NCBI GenBank assembly: GCA_964016885.1
Contig: OZ024740.1
Coordinates: forward strand, 123,938,001-124,002,000
Direction of reading: 5' to 3'
DNA length: 64,000 nucleotides
Source of the DNA: Eledone cirrhosa
Taxonomy: Eukaryota
Part shown: positions 37,850 through 51,427 of the stretch, piece after piece
Layout of the letters: the number at the start of each line of letters is the position of its first letter
Position numbering within the stretch: position 1 is the first letter of the stretch
Program-made: the position numbers and the translations under genes
Notes under the pieces: generated by a model
What the model was told of the DNA's origin: nothing
The model's database searches: none
Seen by the model: the letters and a program-made list of their open reading frames with translations, nothing else

Positions 37850-38970
37850 TACTGCGGTCCAGCATCTATCCTTCCTCACAGCGGTGTCATCCTCAACTAT
37901 GGTTACACAATGTTGTGGGATTGGCGCAGCCGCTTGCCTGTCCCACCTCATGAGATGCTATCTGATACTGGGCTATAAAACTATGGTTATGTTACCATCT
38001 AGTACTGGGCTCCAAATGGACTCTTTGCTTAGTTGTGCCATACAACGCCCCCCCCCCCTCAAAACAAAAAGAATGGTATTTTTGTGTTGAGAAGGGTTCG
38101 TGACACAGAGAATACCTAGCAAACCCTGAAACTAGGGTGCTGCTGTGAGAGGGGTTTGGCACAGCCAAATCGGCTTGACCTTTGTCATCCAGTGCTGGGC
38201 TTAAAGAAAAAAAAACTGTTTCTGATGTGGGCCAGGCTCCCATACTGCAGTCCCGCAACAGTTCTTCCTCATAATGGTGTCATCCAGTGTTGGGCCCCTG
38301 AGCTATGATTACGCTGTGTGGTGGGTTCAGTACAGCCAGCTGACCTGTCCCTCCTCATGGTTCTGCTATCCAATACTGGGCCATAAAGCTATTGCTATGC
38401 TATGCGATGGATTAGGCTACCTGTATTGGTGCCATTCCTGTACTGCGCTTCAGCTAACTTTTACATATAGTGCTGCCATCCAACGCCAGGCCCCACAAAA
38501 TGTGGTTTCATACTGAAAAGGGTTTGTCACATGGTGGAGTCACATGTGGTTATCCAGTTTCGTAATGAGAAGTGTCTGACACATAGAAAGCTCTGAACCT
38601 GGTGTGCCACTGTGAGACGTGCCTGACACAACCAACTGGCCTGTCCCTCCTCATTGTGTTATCACTTGTCCCTTTGCATAGTGGTAACATTCAGTGCCAG
38701 GCTCCCAAACTGTGCTACCGCACCGGTACCTCATCATCGTGGTGTCATCCAGTACCTGGCCCCGAAACTGTGGTAACATTGTGTGATGTGTTTCGCATGG
38801 CCAACTGGCCACCCCTGATCATAGTAGGGCCACACAGTACCAGGCCCCAAAACTGTGGCAGTGCTGTGAGATGAGTTAGGCTCATTGTATAAGTGCCATC
38901 TAGTACTGGGATCCAAAATTATGGTTCTAATGTGTGATAGGTTGGGCTCCGAAAACTGGCCTATCCATCC
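37850..38970. repeat. Highly decayed GC-richer tandem repeat
   Basis: Recurrent tgtcatccagtrctgggccccaaaactgtgg-like motif at ~38185, 38278, 38370, 38478, 38743, 38895. Confidence 0.65.
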
Positions 38971-38979
38971 TCATAACAG

Positions 38980-39187
38980 AGCCATCAAGTTCCACACTGT
39001 AATTGTGGTTGGTGTTAGGAGGGGCATCCAGCTGTAAAATATCTTGCCAAATTTACAGTCCCGGAGCAATGTGCGACACATGGTCAACCCTGGCCAGACT
39101 TGCCTCCCAGAGTGGATGACCCCTCTAACCCATGCAAGCATGGAAAAGTTGATGTTAAATGGAAATGATGATGATGATAATGATGAT
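38980..39187 (+). mobile_element. RTE/SINE 3' tail fragment
   Basis: gtggttggtgttaggaggggcatccagctgta...gcatggaaaagttgatgttaaa followed by (gat)n. Confidence 0.8.
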
Positions 39188-39208
39188 ATATATATATATA
39201 TATACATA

Positions 39209-40046
39209 TGACGGTTAGTCAAAATGTTTCCAGATTAGCTCATTATTTTTAAAAAGACTTTATTTATATAAGTTTAAACACCTTCTCTTTCGAAATAGTT
39301 TCCTTGCACAGCAATGTACTGATCCCAACATTTCTGCAACATCTGGAATGGGGCTTTGAAGTCATCTTTGTAAATTTGTTGAGAACCTTCTGCGATTTGT
39401 ATTGGATTTTAGTAACAGAGTTAAAACGGAGACCTTTGAGCTTGATTTTTATCTTTGAGAAAAGGAAGAATTCTGCAGGAGTTAAATCTGGAGAGTAGGA
39501 TGTGTGTGGACGTGACGGCATGTTGTACTTTGCGAGAAACTTACAGACAATGCGTGCTCAGTGATAGGGTGCCAGAGATGGTAGCAAAGTCGTTAATCAT
39601 CCTTCAACTATCCACATGCACAAGTTGCCTAATTTTTTCAACATTTCCAGGATTGATGCTCATCAACGTTCTTCCAGATCCCTCCTCACCCTCCAGGGAA
39701 GTTCTTCCAATTTGGAAGTGCCTGTACCATATACCATTGCAAAAGACCCATTGTCACATGGCTGTAAGCTTGCTGAAGCATGTTCAATGTTTATGTGACC
39801 TATTTTCCAATTTTAACACAACATTTTGTGTTGGCACTTTGTTCCAGCATAATGTCCATGATGTAATCAGATTAACACACAAATATGATCAGAAAGACAC
39901 TAATTTAACAACTCATGATGTAAGCACAATGATGTTACTTGGTACAATAACTTATGACAGTTACAACTATCACTGCATGCACAACCATGTGCTGCCATCT
40001 GTTGGTGCATTACAGAATTAGTAAAGAAACGTTTTGATACCACCTC
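39209..40046 (-). mobile_element. Internally deleted mariner
   Basis: Imperfect TIRs tgacggttagtcaaaatgttt / aaacgttttgataccacctca with TA. SYSPDLTPAEFFLF in ORF 39264-39521. Confidence 0.88.
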
Positions 40047-40458
40047 ATATATAAAGAACAAAATGAAGTTTCACATTGAGGATATATATGTATATTATAG
40101 AAATACACAGAAGCATATATATTCAAATATTTAAATATATATATATATATATATATACTCTTTTACTTGTTTCAGCCATCCGGCTGAGGCCATGTTGGGG
40201 CACCGCCCTTGATATATATATAAGAAAAAAAGATGAAATCGAAAATGTGGTTTTTCTCACATGTGAGAAAAAATACACAGACCCTCCATCTTAACTCTAC
40301 TTTTGAAAAGCATAAGACCTGTGAAACCGGTAAAGGAAGCAAATAAATATATATATTTAAAAAAAAAAAGACTCCAGTTGCATTTTCGATTTCATCTTTT
40401 TCCTTATACTTTCACTCGTGTAGGAGACCTTGGTTATTTTTCATTTTGTAAACCTCAC

Positions 40459-40515
<57 letters not shown>

Positions 40516-40516
40516 T

Positions 40517-40810
40517 ACACGGGTGTGCATGATTGTGTATAGAAGATTATATTAATAAAAGGAATTCCAACTTTGTCTGATTTACTCGTTTTATTTACAA
40601 TCCTTTAAAATGTATAATGCTATTAGAATGAAATGTATGGTAGAATATTAAATCTTAAGTGTTAATTGTACAAGTACTTTCATGCTTTCGCAATCTTCAG
40701 GTTCACATTCTGTGGTGACAGTCAAGTTTGCAATTTTCAACTGTGAAAACAGTTGAAGATTCTAAATAAAACGAGTAAATCAGACAAAGTTGGATTTCCT
40801 TTTATTAATA
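40517..40810 (-). mobile_element. Short copy of the 12669-15085 PLE 3' end, again with an inverted terminus; hammerhead at 40668-40704
   Basis: 40517-40745 matches the reverse complement of ~14855-15085. 40763-40810 is an inverted copy of 40550-40597. Confidence 0.9.
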
Positions 40811-40863
40811 TATATATATATATACATATATAATATTACATATATATACAATATATATATTAG

Positions 40864-40899
<36 letters not shown>

Positions 40900-41549
40900 A
40901 ATATATATATATATTAGTAACTACATATAATATAGCCGAAATAGTAGAAAATGGAATTAAGTGCGCAGTAAATTGTCATTGATTATCTTTAAGAGAGATA
41001 CTTATGCTCATCACACAAAAATGATATACAGAATTTAATCGGAGCAAAATCTATTTAGATGGAGTCTTAACTAGAATTGATATCTGATTAATGACTTCTA
41101 TTCAAGAACTGATGTGAAGGAGAAATATTTCAACTTGATAATATTAGACTAATAATATGTGAATAAATAGGAAGCTGCTGTTGTGTTTAGATGAGGATAG
41201 AATGCGATGTTTCCTGGAGCTTTGCAAGAGGCATGCTCAACATTTCAAAAGCTTTAGAAAATATTTCAATTATATAATATGCACAAACATGCCCATGAAT
41301 AAATAAATGAATATATATATTTAGTGATTGTAATGTCCAGTTACTGTAGGTTCACCAGAGTGAGCACTCAATGCGTAGTTTCCAGTAGATATATTGGCGT
41401 TGTACTAAGCAGAGTGTACTACTAATAGTATATATATATGTGTGTGTGTGTATATATATATAACAAAGGAAGTGTGGTAAGGAACCAGGTGGACCATAAC
41501 GCACCAGAGTACTCGATACTTAGTGTAGTGGAGTTGGTAATAAGAAAAG

Positions 41550-41650
41550 AGTCAGGACCCCGACAGCTGAGCTCCGGCCATTTCGACAGCTAGATCCGAG
41601 CTCAGACCTAGCTGTCGAAATGCCTAGAGCTCAGCCGTCGGGGTCCTGAC
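41550..41650. repeat. GC-rich ~100-bp palindrome
   Basis: agtcaggaccccgacagctgagctc...gagctcagccgtcggggtcctgact. The preceding 41467-41541 segment recurs at ~45051-45120. Confidence 0.88.
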
Positions 41651-41822
41651 TATTTCTCTCTCTCTATATATATATATATATAATCAGTGTGGTCTACCCT
41701 TCGTGGTATGGTCTGTACCGTAGATTGAACTCAATGTAATCTGATAGCGAGTAATCCAGTGAAATCCATAGAAAGTTTCCATGTTCTGTTAAGTTAATTT
41801 CTTAGATACAAAGTCTGGTATT

Positions 41823-42177
41823 AGATATTAATTTAACAATGAAAATAATAACAAAGTCAAGTTATTTTACCTATTCATATCATTGTTTTACGATCGTTTT
41901 GGAGGGTTGATCATATTGACTAGCGGGGAAGATAGACGTGAAACGATGATGATGATGATGACTGATCTATTGCAGTTATATAACTGTATACTATTAGACT
42001 TCATATATAGGTTCGATCAGACTGTCTTCTTCAGAAAAAAAAGTCTGATAGTATACAGTTATATAACTGCTATGATCAGTCAATATGATCAACCATTCCA
42101 AAACGATCGTAAAACAATGATATGAATAGGTAAAATAACTTAACTTTGTTATTGTTTTCATTGTTAAATTAATATCT
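41823..42177. repeat. Foldback with ~140-bp arms, left arm interrupted by a ~40-bp RTE tail
   Basis: agatattaatttaacaatgaaaa... mirrors ...ttttcattgttaaattaatatct. The insert lies at ~41921-41960. Confidence 0.88.
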
Positions 42178-42218
42178 TATATATATATACATATGTGTGT
42201 GTGTGTGTGTGTGTGTGT

Positions 42219-42770
42219 ATCATAATCATCATCATGACCATCATTTAACATCCATTTTCCATGCTAGCATGGGTTAGACAGTTTGTCCCATTTCAGGCAA
42301 GTTGGGTCAGGTGAACATGTCATGGCATACATATTTCTTTCTGGATTGGTTACCACAGCTGAATGCCCTTCCTAATGCCAACCACATTTACAGTGTATGC
42401 TGAGTGCTTTTTGCTGTGAATCCTACATGACCACTTTACAGTGTGGGTTGGGCACTTTTTATTGTGACACCTACACAACTACTTTTGAGGGTGGACTGGG
42501 ATGTTTTTGTCATGGCACCAATGCAACCACTTTACAGTGTGGGCTGGGAGCATATTGTTGTGACACCTACATAACCACTTTACAGTGTAAGGATGGTGTG
42601 ATGAAATGTGTGTGTGTGATGAGGCATGGGAGGTGTATGGAAGGGGGCTAATGGTTAAGAGGTGCCTACTAGAAGTATGCTTCAATCCATGTGCATGGGA
42701 AGGCAGGACTTCTGTATAATGCCAAAGGACTTGATCCTGTGTCATTGTCTTTGAAAGGTTATGCATATAC
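42219..42770 (-). mobile_element. RTE LINE 3' fragment
   Basis: (CAT)n tail, ~41-bp accactttacagtgtggg UTR repeats, and LSKTMTQDQVLWHY matching the ORF end. Confidence 0.8.
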
Positions 42771-43419
42771 AAAGGTGTGTGTGTGTGTGTATGAGTGTCA
42801 ATCTGTGTCTGTATGTGTCCATTTCAGAATAACACTAAGAGTGAGTCGGTATATATACCCATCAAATACAAGTTTTATTTGTGTCTGAGTGATGTATTAC
42901 ATACTGACTGATGAAAATCTGTTTAGATCTGAAATTTGATTAAATGTGCTTATCGATTTCTCAATTTACAGGGGAATTTGTGTGTATATATATATATATA
43001 TAAGATATATAAGGTTAAAATTTGTTTCTGTGAATCAATGTGCAAACGAAGTAAACAAGGATGATTGCTTATCAAAGTATTATTCTCAACATTGTCTTTG
43101 CAGGAGGTACGGTAACAGTCCAATTTGAGAGTTCAATGTAGAGAATCCAAGGAGAAGATCACGGAGTAATTATAAATTCAAATGTATAGTACTAGGAAAG
43201 GCAAGATGAAATGTAATATTTTACGTAATGCTTGCAATTAAGCATAATAATATGCACTCGTAGACTGATATTGTGCTAAAACATATGTTAAAGAACGGAC
43301 TCTAAATAAATCTTTCTCCTCTAACCTTTACTTCTTGCCTAGTCGTTTGTTTTTCCTCATAATATACCTTTAAATTTATATATATATATATGTGTGTGAG
43401 TGTGTGCATGTGTGTGTGT

Positions 43420-43870
43420 ATCATCATCTTTATAGGTTGGATGGGTCCTCTTCAGCACAGCATATCTCCACCCAGTGATCATCATCCATGCACATCGCAT
43501 GTCCGTACCAACATAATCTTCTCTTTTGCACACCAATTCAGATTCGTCTTCAACCCAGTTTCTCTCTAAGGGAAACAGGGTCCTATCTTCTTTCCTACTT
43601 ATGAGCATTTAAATCTTGGCTAAGTTTATTTTCAGACCTTTTGATTCCAAAATCTGTTTCCATTGTTGGAACTTATTCACTAGTTTATTTATGAATTCAG
43701 CTTTAAGAACCCTATCATCTGAATAGAGAAATTCCCATGGATAGCCAGTCATAGACTCTTCTTTAATGGCCTGGAGAATTATGATGAACAGTGGTGGGCT
43801 AAAAACCAGAACTTGATGAACTTTTACTTGTACCTAGAATTCCTCATTAAATTCACATATGCCTACATAT
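43420..43870 (-). mobile_element. Old RTE RT fragment
   Basis: Minus strand GYPWEFLYSDDRVL...LESKGLKINLAK. Confidence 0.75.
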
Positions 43871-44058
43871 ACTACTTTACTTAATTTGGTTCAGATAAAT
43901 GAAAATTCTGAACATTTTTACATATTTTAAAATATTTCTTTATATTTTTATATGGGTATATATCTACACTTTTATTTGCCTGGTAGGTATATACATGTTG
44001 TATACGTGTATAAAAATATAATCATGTATTAATGTCTGTATGTATATGTCTATCTATA

Positions 44059-44254
44059 TGAGGTCAGCTGAAAAGTTCATAGGCTGACCAAGATACTCTC
44101 ATGGAATAACCAAATGCGGCTTATTTTCAAACATAGTCCCAGGAATGGAACAATGCAGTTATAAATTAGTAAATTTGAAATTAATGCATGCAAGATTTCA
44201 CAGCTCTAACATCACTCGTTCATAGTCATCCAATGAACTTTTCGACCTACTCTC
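44059..44254. mobile_element. Mariner-derived MITE
   Basis: Imperfect TIRs tgaggtcagctgaaaagttcat / atgaacttttcgacctactctca with TA flanks. Confidence 0.7.
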
Positions 44255-44415
44255 ATATGTGCATATCTAGGTTTATATATATGTGTGGGTGTGTGGTTGT
44301 GTCTATTTTTGTGTATGCATGTATTATGTGTCTGTATGTTCCTGTTGATGTATGTATTTATATATGCATGTATATATTTGAATTTATCTGTATATGTATG
44401 TGTTTGCATTGGTAA

Positions 44416-44444
<29 letters not shown>

Positions 44445-44452
<8 letters not shown>

Positions 44453-44953
44453 TTACAACAGTGACATAAACAGGTACTCATGTTTCGTTGGATTCTGGAT
44501 ACAATAAATATAATAATAAAGATGGCCGCCTAGGGTTGATTGTGCTTTCCTTTTAGGAATATGTCATAAGAGTTTAAATAAAGGTAATTAATTTAGAAAT
44601 TATCTAGAAAAAGTTGTTTTTTTTTAAATTAAAAGGTAAGATCAAGGGAAGTTGCTTTTGAGAGACCACAGTCAAGCTTGAATAAATATAGAAGAAAATA
44701 TTTTTTTCTAGCTGACTCAAAGAACTCAATTTCCTTGATATGCAAAATAGTCAGTAAAACAAAGTATACTTATAGATCTGTTAGTCAGGCCTAAGCCATT
44801 TACTCAAAATATATTTCTTCTAGTAGAGACAACTTCCAAAGCAATCAAGCCACTTGTTGAAGCAGTGCTTATCTGAAGATAATTGTGAGAGTATATACCA
44901 GAACCCAACAAAACTTGAGTACCTGTTTATCTCACTGTTGTAATTATTTATAC
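44445..44953. repeat. pLTR-like element with ~55-bp inverted ends
   Basis: ttacaacagtgacataaacaggtactcatgtttcgttggattctgg mirrors ccagaacccaacaaaacttgagtacctgtttatctcactgttgtaa. Confidence 0.7.
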
Positions 44954-45015
44954 TAAACACTTCCTATGGTCTGAGTGCTCTTACCCTTGGATATTTCCAC
45001 CTAACCTTTACTACA

Positions 45016-45050
<35 letters not shown>

Positions 45051-45159
45051 GAAGGAAGTGTGGTAAGGAACCAGATAACTCACCAGAGTACTCAATACTT
45101 AGTGTAGTAGAGTGGGTAATATATATATATATATATAAAGAGAGAGAGAGAGGGGGGGG

Positions 45160-46560
45160 GATATCAGAGTGTAATCTCTGACATGCACTTGAGAGCTGTG
45201 ATGCTAATTGCTGCATGGATGGAATAAAAACCAGTGCTGCAAAGACTAAACCACTCGCCTTTTCAAGAATGTGGAAATGCCTCAACAGATTAAGATCTGG
45301 TGTTGGTTGTGTAGAAGCCAATCTGGCAAAATGGGGATATTTAAATGATGTGACATTGTGTGTGATTGTGGCATTGAACCACGGAGTACACAGCAACTCC
45401 TGATATGTTCCCTGCTGGAACATCTCTGCACAGAATTTGACTGGGCAGAGTTTAATGGGAAAGGACAACAATGTGTTCAGCTGTGGTGGAACCACATCTA
45501 TCCAAGCTTTGTAGCCAATGCTCTTGTGGACACGATAAGAAAAAGCTTTCTCAAGCAAACCTACACAGTGCACTTTACATGTGAATGGAGTGTGATGAAA
45601 GGAGGTGGAGAAGTTCAAATAGTTTGGGGCCATGTTCATAAGTGATGGAAGGCAGGAGGCTGAATTAAGTGTAAGAATTGCTGGTGCTTGTGTAGTAATG
45701 TACCAGCTTCAGCATTTGGTAATCAGAAGAAGGGAAGTAGTTGTAAAAGGCAAAGTCACAATCTTCAAATAATTATTTGTGTCAACCCTTACCTATGGTC
45801 ATGAATCTTGGCTAATGATTGAAAGAAAATTATCATCATCATCATCATCATCATTTCATTTTACGTCTGCTTTTCCCTGCTTGCAAGGGTGGGACGGGAA
45901 CTGATTCTGGCTTGATTTCTACAGCTGGATGCCCTTCCTAACACCAACCACATTTACAGTGAGTGCTGGGTGCTTTTTTTCCGTGGCACCTCCATGACCA
46001 CTTTCCAGTGGAATGATAGGGACCCCAGTTCCTATCATCTCATTTCTACAGGTGAGTAAACTGGAGCAATGTGAAATAAAGTGTCTTGCTCAAGGACACA
46101 ACACATGAGCCGGTCTGAGAATTGAACTCACAACCTTTCGATTGCAAGGCCAATGCTCTAACCACTAAGCCATGTGCCTCCATCGTGAGTACAAACAGCT
46201 GAAAAGCAGTTATTCCAAAGGGATTTGGATTATTATTACTTAATAGTGTGCAAAACTCGGAGATCAGAGTGTCACTCACGGTAGAGCCACTACTTCTCCG
46301 AATTGAGAGACTACAGCTCTGATATTACATGTTTAGAATGTCCCCAGAAAGAATATCTGGACAGATTTTACAGGCCAAACAAACCAGCAGGAAAACCAGT
46401 GGTAGGACCCAAGCAAGATGGTTGGGTAACATACATTTTTATGTCTTGTCTTGCTTGGGGATCCAACCAGATCAATTGGATACAGTTGCTTCTGACAGGA
46501 CCTACTTGAAAGAGTGTTTGAGGTCTCTGCTCCAATGACATTCTCAGGAATAAGTAGTCA
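45160..46560 (+). mobile_element. Decayed RTE-clade LINE fragment split by a SINE
   Basis: STLTYGHESW at ~45782-45812. After the SINE: PVVGPK.. and LSCLGIQPDQLDTVASDR, an RTE C-terminus-like segment. Confidence 0.6.
45833..46182 (-). mobile_element. tRNA-derived SINE with RTE-derived 3' tail
   Basis: Head ggaggcacatggcttagtggttagagc...gagttcaattc, core gtgtccttgagcaagacact, tail ggttggtgttaggaagggcatccagc...(gat)n. Confidence 0.9.
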
Positions 46561-46611
46561 AAGAAGATATATATATATTCACATGTGTTTATGTCAACCT
46601 GTATATCTACA

Positions 46612-47207
46612 CATCATCATCATCATCATCGTTTAACGTCTATCTTCCACGCTAGCATGGGTTTAGATGGTAATTGTCCCACTTGAAGCAAGATTGGTCA
46701 TCTCGCTCGTATGGGACTGTCTGGCAGGTTCTCTACGGCTGGATGCCCATACTAACACCAACCAGGTTTACAGTGTGGACTGTGAGGTTTTTACCGTGTT
46801 ACTTACATGGCCACATTACAGCGTGGACTGTGTATTTTTTTGTCGTGACACCTACACGACCTCATTTATTTAGGACTGGATGTTGTGATACCAACATAAC
46901 TTTACAGAGAAAGGGGTGGTGTTGATGAGGGTGATGTGGGGGAGTTGGGGAGTGGGAGGGGGTGTATATTTGATTAAGAGGTGCCTACTGACTGTAGGTT
47001 TCGCTTTGTACTTAGGCAAGGCGGGTTTTCTGTATTACTGTGTAGCGCCAAAGATCTCGGTCCAGTGACATTGTCTTAGAGAGGTGTAAGTGTGTAAAGT
47101 TGGAATTTATCAAATCGTCCCAGATTTGTCTGGGTCTGCCTACTCCATAACATCCGTCAATTTTGATTGCCCTGCACTTTTTTATACAGCTGTCATCTTT
47201 CATGTGG
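46612..47207 (-). mobile_element. RTE LINE 3' fragment (family of 5505-8067)
   Basis: HMKDDSCIKKCRAIKIDG..GRPRQIWDD, plus UTR and (CAT)n tail. Confidence 0.92.
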
Positions 47208-48797
47208 TATGTATATTTGGATATTTCTGTATGTGTATGTATATATGTGAGTATATCTATGTATGTATATATATATACCTGTAGATGAATCTGTTTGATT
47301 ACACATGTATTACAGTTGATCAACCATATGGCATGAGAGTGAATATAATATAATATAATATATTACTCTACACTGATTTATTTGGAGTGGTGTCTTTTTT
47401 ATCAGTGACTAATTAAAAACTTTCTAAAGTAAAAAGTAAATACCATAATGTGCATGAATACTGAGGATAATTTTAATTATGATCAAAAGGTGACTACTTC
47501 TTCATATATTCCATTTTCATATTTTCTTTCCTTTCATTTACTCCTTCCTTTAAATAAATACATGCATACTCATTTAGCAGAAAATCTCCTTAATTATCAA
47601 CTTTCCATATTCTATTTGGACCTTAAGAAAATCAACTAAACTCACTGCTTGACACCATCAGTTATAAGACACATTTTATTGATATACACTCGTTAATCAT
47701 AGCCTTGAGGGCTTTCCCTTTGTAAGCTAATCCAAGAAGCACATTTCTAATTCCATTTAGCTGAATTTAATTACTACAAAGAGACTAAAATAAAAATCGG
47801 GTTTTGGTTTCAAATTTTCCGTTATCAGTTTTAATTAATGATTAAATTAATTTATTTCCAGTTCTTAAGATCATTTTCCTAATTTTGCTTGAGATGTTAT
47901 GGAATGTCTGTTAGAAAATGGAATTGAATAAAACATTTAAAAAAAATAGAATTATTTTTGCTTCGTAATTCATAAGTGAAATATTTTGAGCTGGAAATGA
48001 AATAAAACAATAGTGATATTCTTTGTAAATTGATTCCTTCCAGATACCAGTTATTTATCTATTTATTTATTTATGAATTACTATTTTCAAAAGTGTTTAT
48101 ATATTCATTTTAGATATAATTTATGTATTTTTCTGAATTTATTTCTTAGTATTTATCTCTATTCATTCATTGAGTTTTTGTTTTCTTTTATCAGAACTAC
48201 ATATTTTACAGATTTCTGAATCAAGTGTCAACTTAGCCAAAAATTGCATTGATAAATTCAATATGCAATCTAACAACTTTCTAATGTTTGTGAAAGTGAT
48301 AAACAATGTAAATTAAATATTCAGAGAAACCTCTTTGCTTAGTTAAATACAGTCAACCAGTAGGAAATTAATTTATGCAATCGGATATATATTTTATTCA
48401 ATATTTAGAGTTGAATTGATAGTTTTAAAGATGAGTCAATCTCATTTTTGAGGAAGTATGAAGAAATCAATGGTTCTGAGTACACATTTGCCTCTGACCT
48501 ACTTTGTGGGATACAGTTAATGTATCATCCAGTTAATGTATCATCAACCTAAATCCTGAGTTGCAGAGTCTACACAGCTGAAATCATTTAGATCAGGGCT
48601 CCTGTTTTTAGAATATATTCCTCTCTCCCATCAGTCACTGAGGCTCTGAAAAGAGTCATGAGCACAGTCATTCAAACCAACTGTCTAAACTGTAAAAACA
48701 AACACAAACATGTAATGATAGAGTTTCGGTGGAATGATAGAATTCTGTCCTCCATACTAATGAAACTTGTACCCCTGACTCAATTATACAGTACAGA

Positions 48798-49146
48798 CAT
48801 CATCATCAACATCATCATTTCATTTTACATCTGCTTTTCCCTGCTTGCAAGGGTGGGATGGGAACTGATTTTGGCGTGATTTCTACAGCTGGATGCCCTT
48901 CTTAACACCAACATCATTTACAGTGAGTGCTGGGTGCTTTTTTGCCGTGGCACTTCCATGACCACTTTGCAATGGAATGATATGGACCCCAGTCCCTATC
49001 ATCTCATTTCTACAGCTGAGTAAACTGGAGCAATGTGAAATAAAGTGTCTTGCTCAAGGAAACAACACATCACGCGGTCTGAGAATTGAACTCACAACCT
49101 TTCGATTGCAAGACCAAATCTCTAACCACTAAGCCATGTGCCTCCA
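48798..49146 (-). mobile_element. tRNA-derived SINE with RTE tail (second copy)
   Basis: Highly similar along its length to 45833-46182. Confidence 0.9.
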
Positions 49147-50464
49147 GACAACATATAACAATATATGAAAAGTGTGTAGAAGAAGTTGTTTCAATGCAGA
49201 TTTAGTGAAGCAGTAGGTAACATTTTTGCCAGTAAGCAAACACAACTATGACTGAAAACAATGAGAGAACCTTTATGCAATTGCTTGGCCTGCATGTGAT
49301 GACAGTAAAATCTCTCTGAAATCGACAACTTACATAATGCCCTTAAGAAAGAAGGTTGGAATAATTTGATTGGATTAAATTTTAACTGTAACAACAACTG
49401 TAATAACTCCGTCAATTGCAATTTTTTCAAAGGGCATTAACCTTTTTTGCCCCAAATTACATTCTGATTCTACAATACAAAACTTTGTTTTAAATTGTAT
49501 ATTTGTCTCAAACCATTCCATCAAAATCTTAGGTAAGTACCTCTGTTATGTTCCAAGCAGTAACATAACAATGAGAAATATAAAGAAATGATAAAATTCC
49601 TCTAAATTCTTAATTAATTAAAAGACTATAGTTTGTATCTTTTATTAGAAATTTGATTAGGAAAAAGTTAAATATTTTCAGTTAGTTAACCAAATAAAAT
49701 GATAAACAACCACACTCTTTTACAGTAAGTCAACAATATAAAGAATGCTGAATATTGAGAAGACTACAACCTTGAGTAGTGATAAATATTAATTTCAGTC
49801 TACTTTTAACATGAAGTGATTAATGAGCTGAGGGAGTCACAACACAGTCGTTCACAGTGTGACTTCTGTCAAGAATATTCTACTAATTGTGTTTTAAAAC
49901 TATTTTCAAACTTAGAAATTATTTTTCTGGCTTCATAAACAATGATACAAGATTTCTTAACCTCTTGTTGATCGTATGGTTTGACAAATGAGGTAAAGAT
50001 TTTATATAGACTTGCGATAATAATTAAACAGGTATAGCTAAGTTGTTTTCATATTTATTTTGCAGCCGCAAGGTTTTGGACTTGATCCCATTGTGTAGCA
50101 GGTTAAACAAGTCATCAACTGTAATGGAACGACCAATTTTATTTATGGATCACTTTGGTTTACTCAAAGACAGTGGTTTTCATATTTTATTCTGCTGGAT
50201 CCCATAGCTATTCATTATTTTTAAAAATTCTATTGTATTTTTATAATTTAATATTATTAAGAATTTTATAAAACATTATTAAAATATCTTGTTTATTGCA
50301 GAGGTATAACCAAATTATTGCACATAAACTTAAGAAACTAACAAAAATTCTATGAAAACTAAATGTTCACTAGTACAATAAGTCAAACATATACAAATTA
50401 TGAAAAATATAAAGAATTTCTTCCATTTTTAAATAAAAAACAAAATAATGGTACCTTCCCTGTA

Positions 50465-50646
50465 AAATAATTTTTTCATTTTTTGGCACAAGGCCAGCAA
50501 TGACCCAGTGCATTACTGGTACTTTATTTTATCGACCCCGTTAGGATGAAAGGCAAATTTAACCTCAGCAGGATTTGAACTCAGAATGGCAAGGGCTGTA
50601 ACTCTATGCAGCAAAGCATGGCGTCCGACCCTCTACCAATACTGCC
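50465..50646 (-). mobile_element. Meta-domain-like SINE with apparent target-site duplication
   Basis: Same consensus as the other copies. cctgtaaaataat flanks both ends (~50459 and ~50645). Confidence 0.85.
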
Positions 50647-51386
50647 TGTAAAATAATACAATGTAACAATAATAGTAATCAGCTTCTCTCTCAGTTTGTC
50701 TCTATGTGTGTGTGTGTATGTTTGTATACACATAGAGAAAATAATAATAAAGATTTTAAAAAGAACCTAATGAGTTTTTTTTATTATTTATACATACTCT
50801 GTGTATAGTACACAATGAAAAAAAAAAGGCACCTCAAAAAGATTAGTTGTTGTATTTAACCAGGGTATGCTATTATGTTAGACATGTCCTGGGCCAATAA
50901 TGGCTGAAAGTTATCAAAAGTAATCAGTTTCACTTAAAAGCTTTTCAAAAGTTTTTTTGTTTTTTTTTAGTGTTGGAATTTTCCTATTGTCGCTTATGTT
51001 TTTTGTTAAAATAAGGGATGCAACTGATTGTATCTTTGCTTTTTGCCACATTCCAAACATATTTCCTTTTTTTACCTATCGCTATTAAGTTATAGCTTCC
51101 AAAAATAACAGAAAAAAGCTGGGTGGTTTCATTAACGTAATGGTATCATACACATCCAGGAAACGAGAGGTGTAGGTTCAACTCCCATATGTGCTGATAC
51201 CCATCTTTTTTCCATTCAGTTGCTTTATACACTCCATTATTAGACTATATTATGTAGTAAATGTTATGGCAAAGCTTCTGTTTCTATTTCAATTCTATAT
51301 GTATTATGTATATACATATGAATGTGATGGACAGAGAAACAGGTCTTCTTTTATAGATTAGATTTTTATTATTATTTTTATTTTTA

Positions 51387-51427
<41 letters not shown>

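Noticed and set aside
39455-40021. 188-aa plus-strand ORF, and similar antisense ORFs over the LINEs (e.g. 6124-6462, 35199-35600, 45001-45639, 53624-54037)
   Set aside because: Antisense shadows of transposon coding sequence.
46100-46182. tRNA gene
   Set aside because: The A/B boxes belong to a SINE head continuing into the SINE core. No full cloverleaf or terminator.
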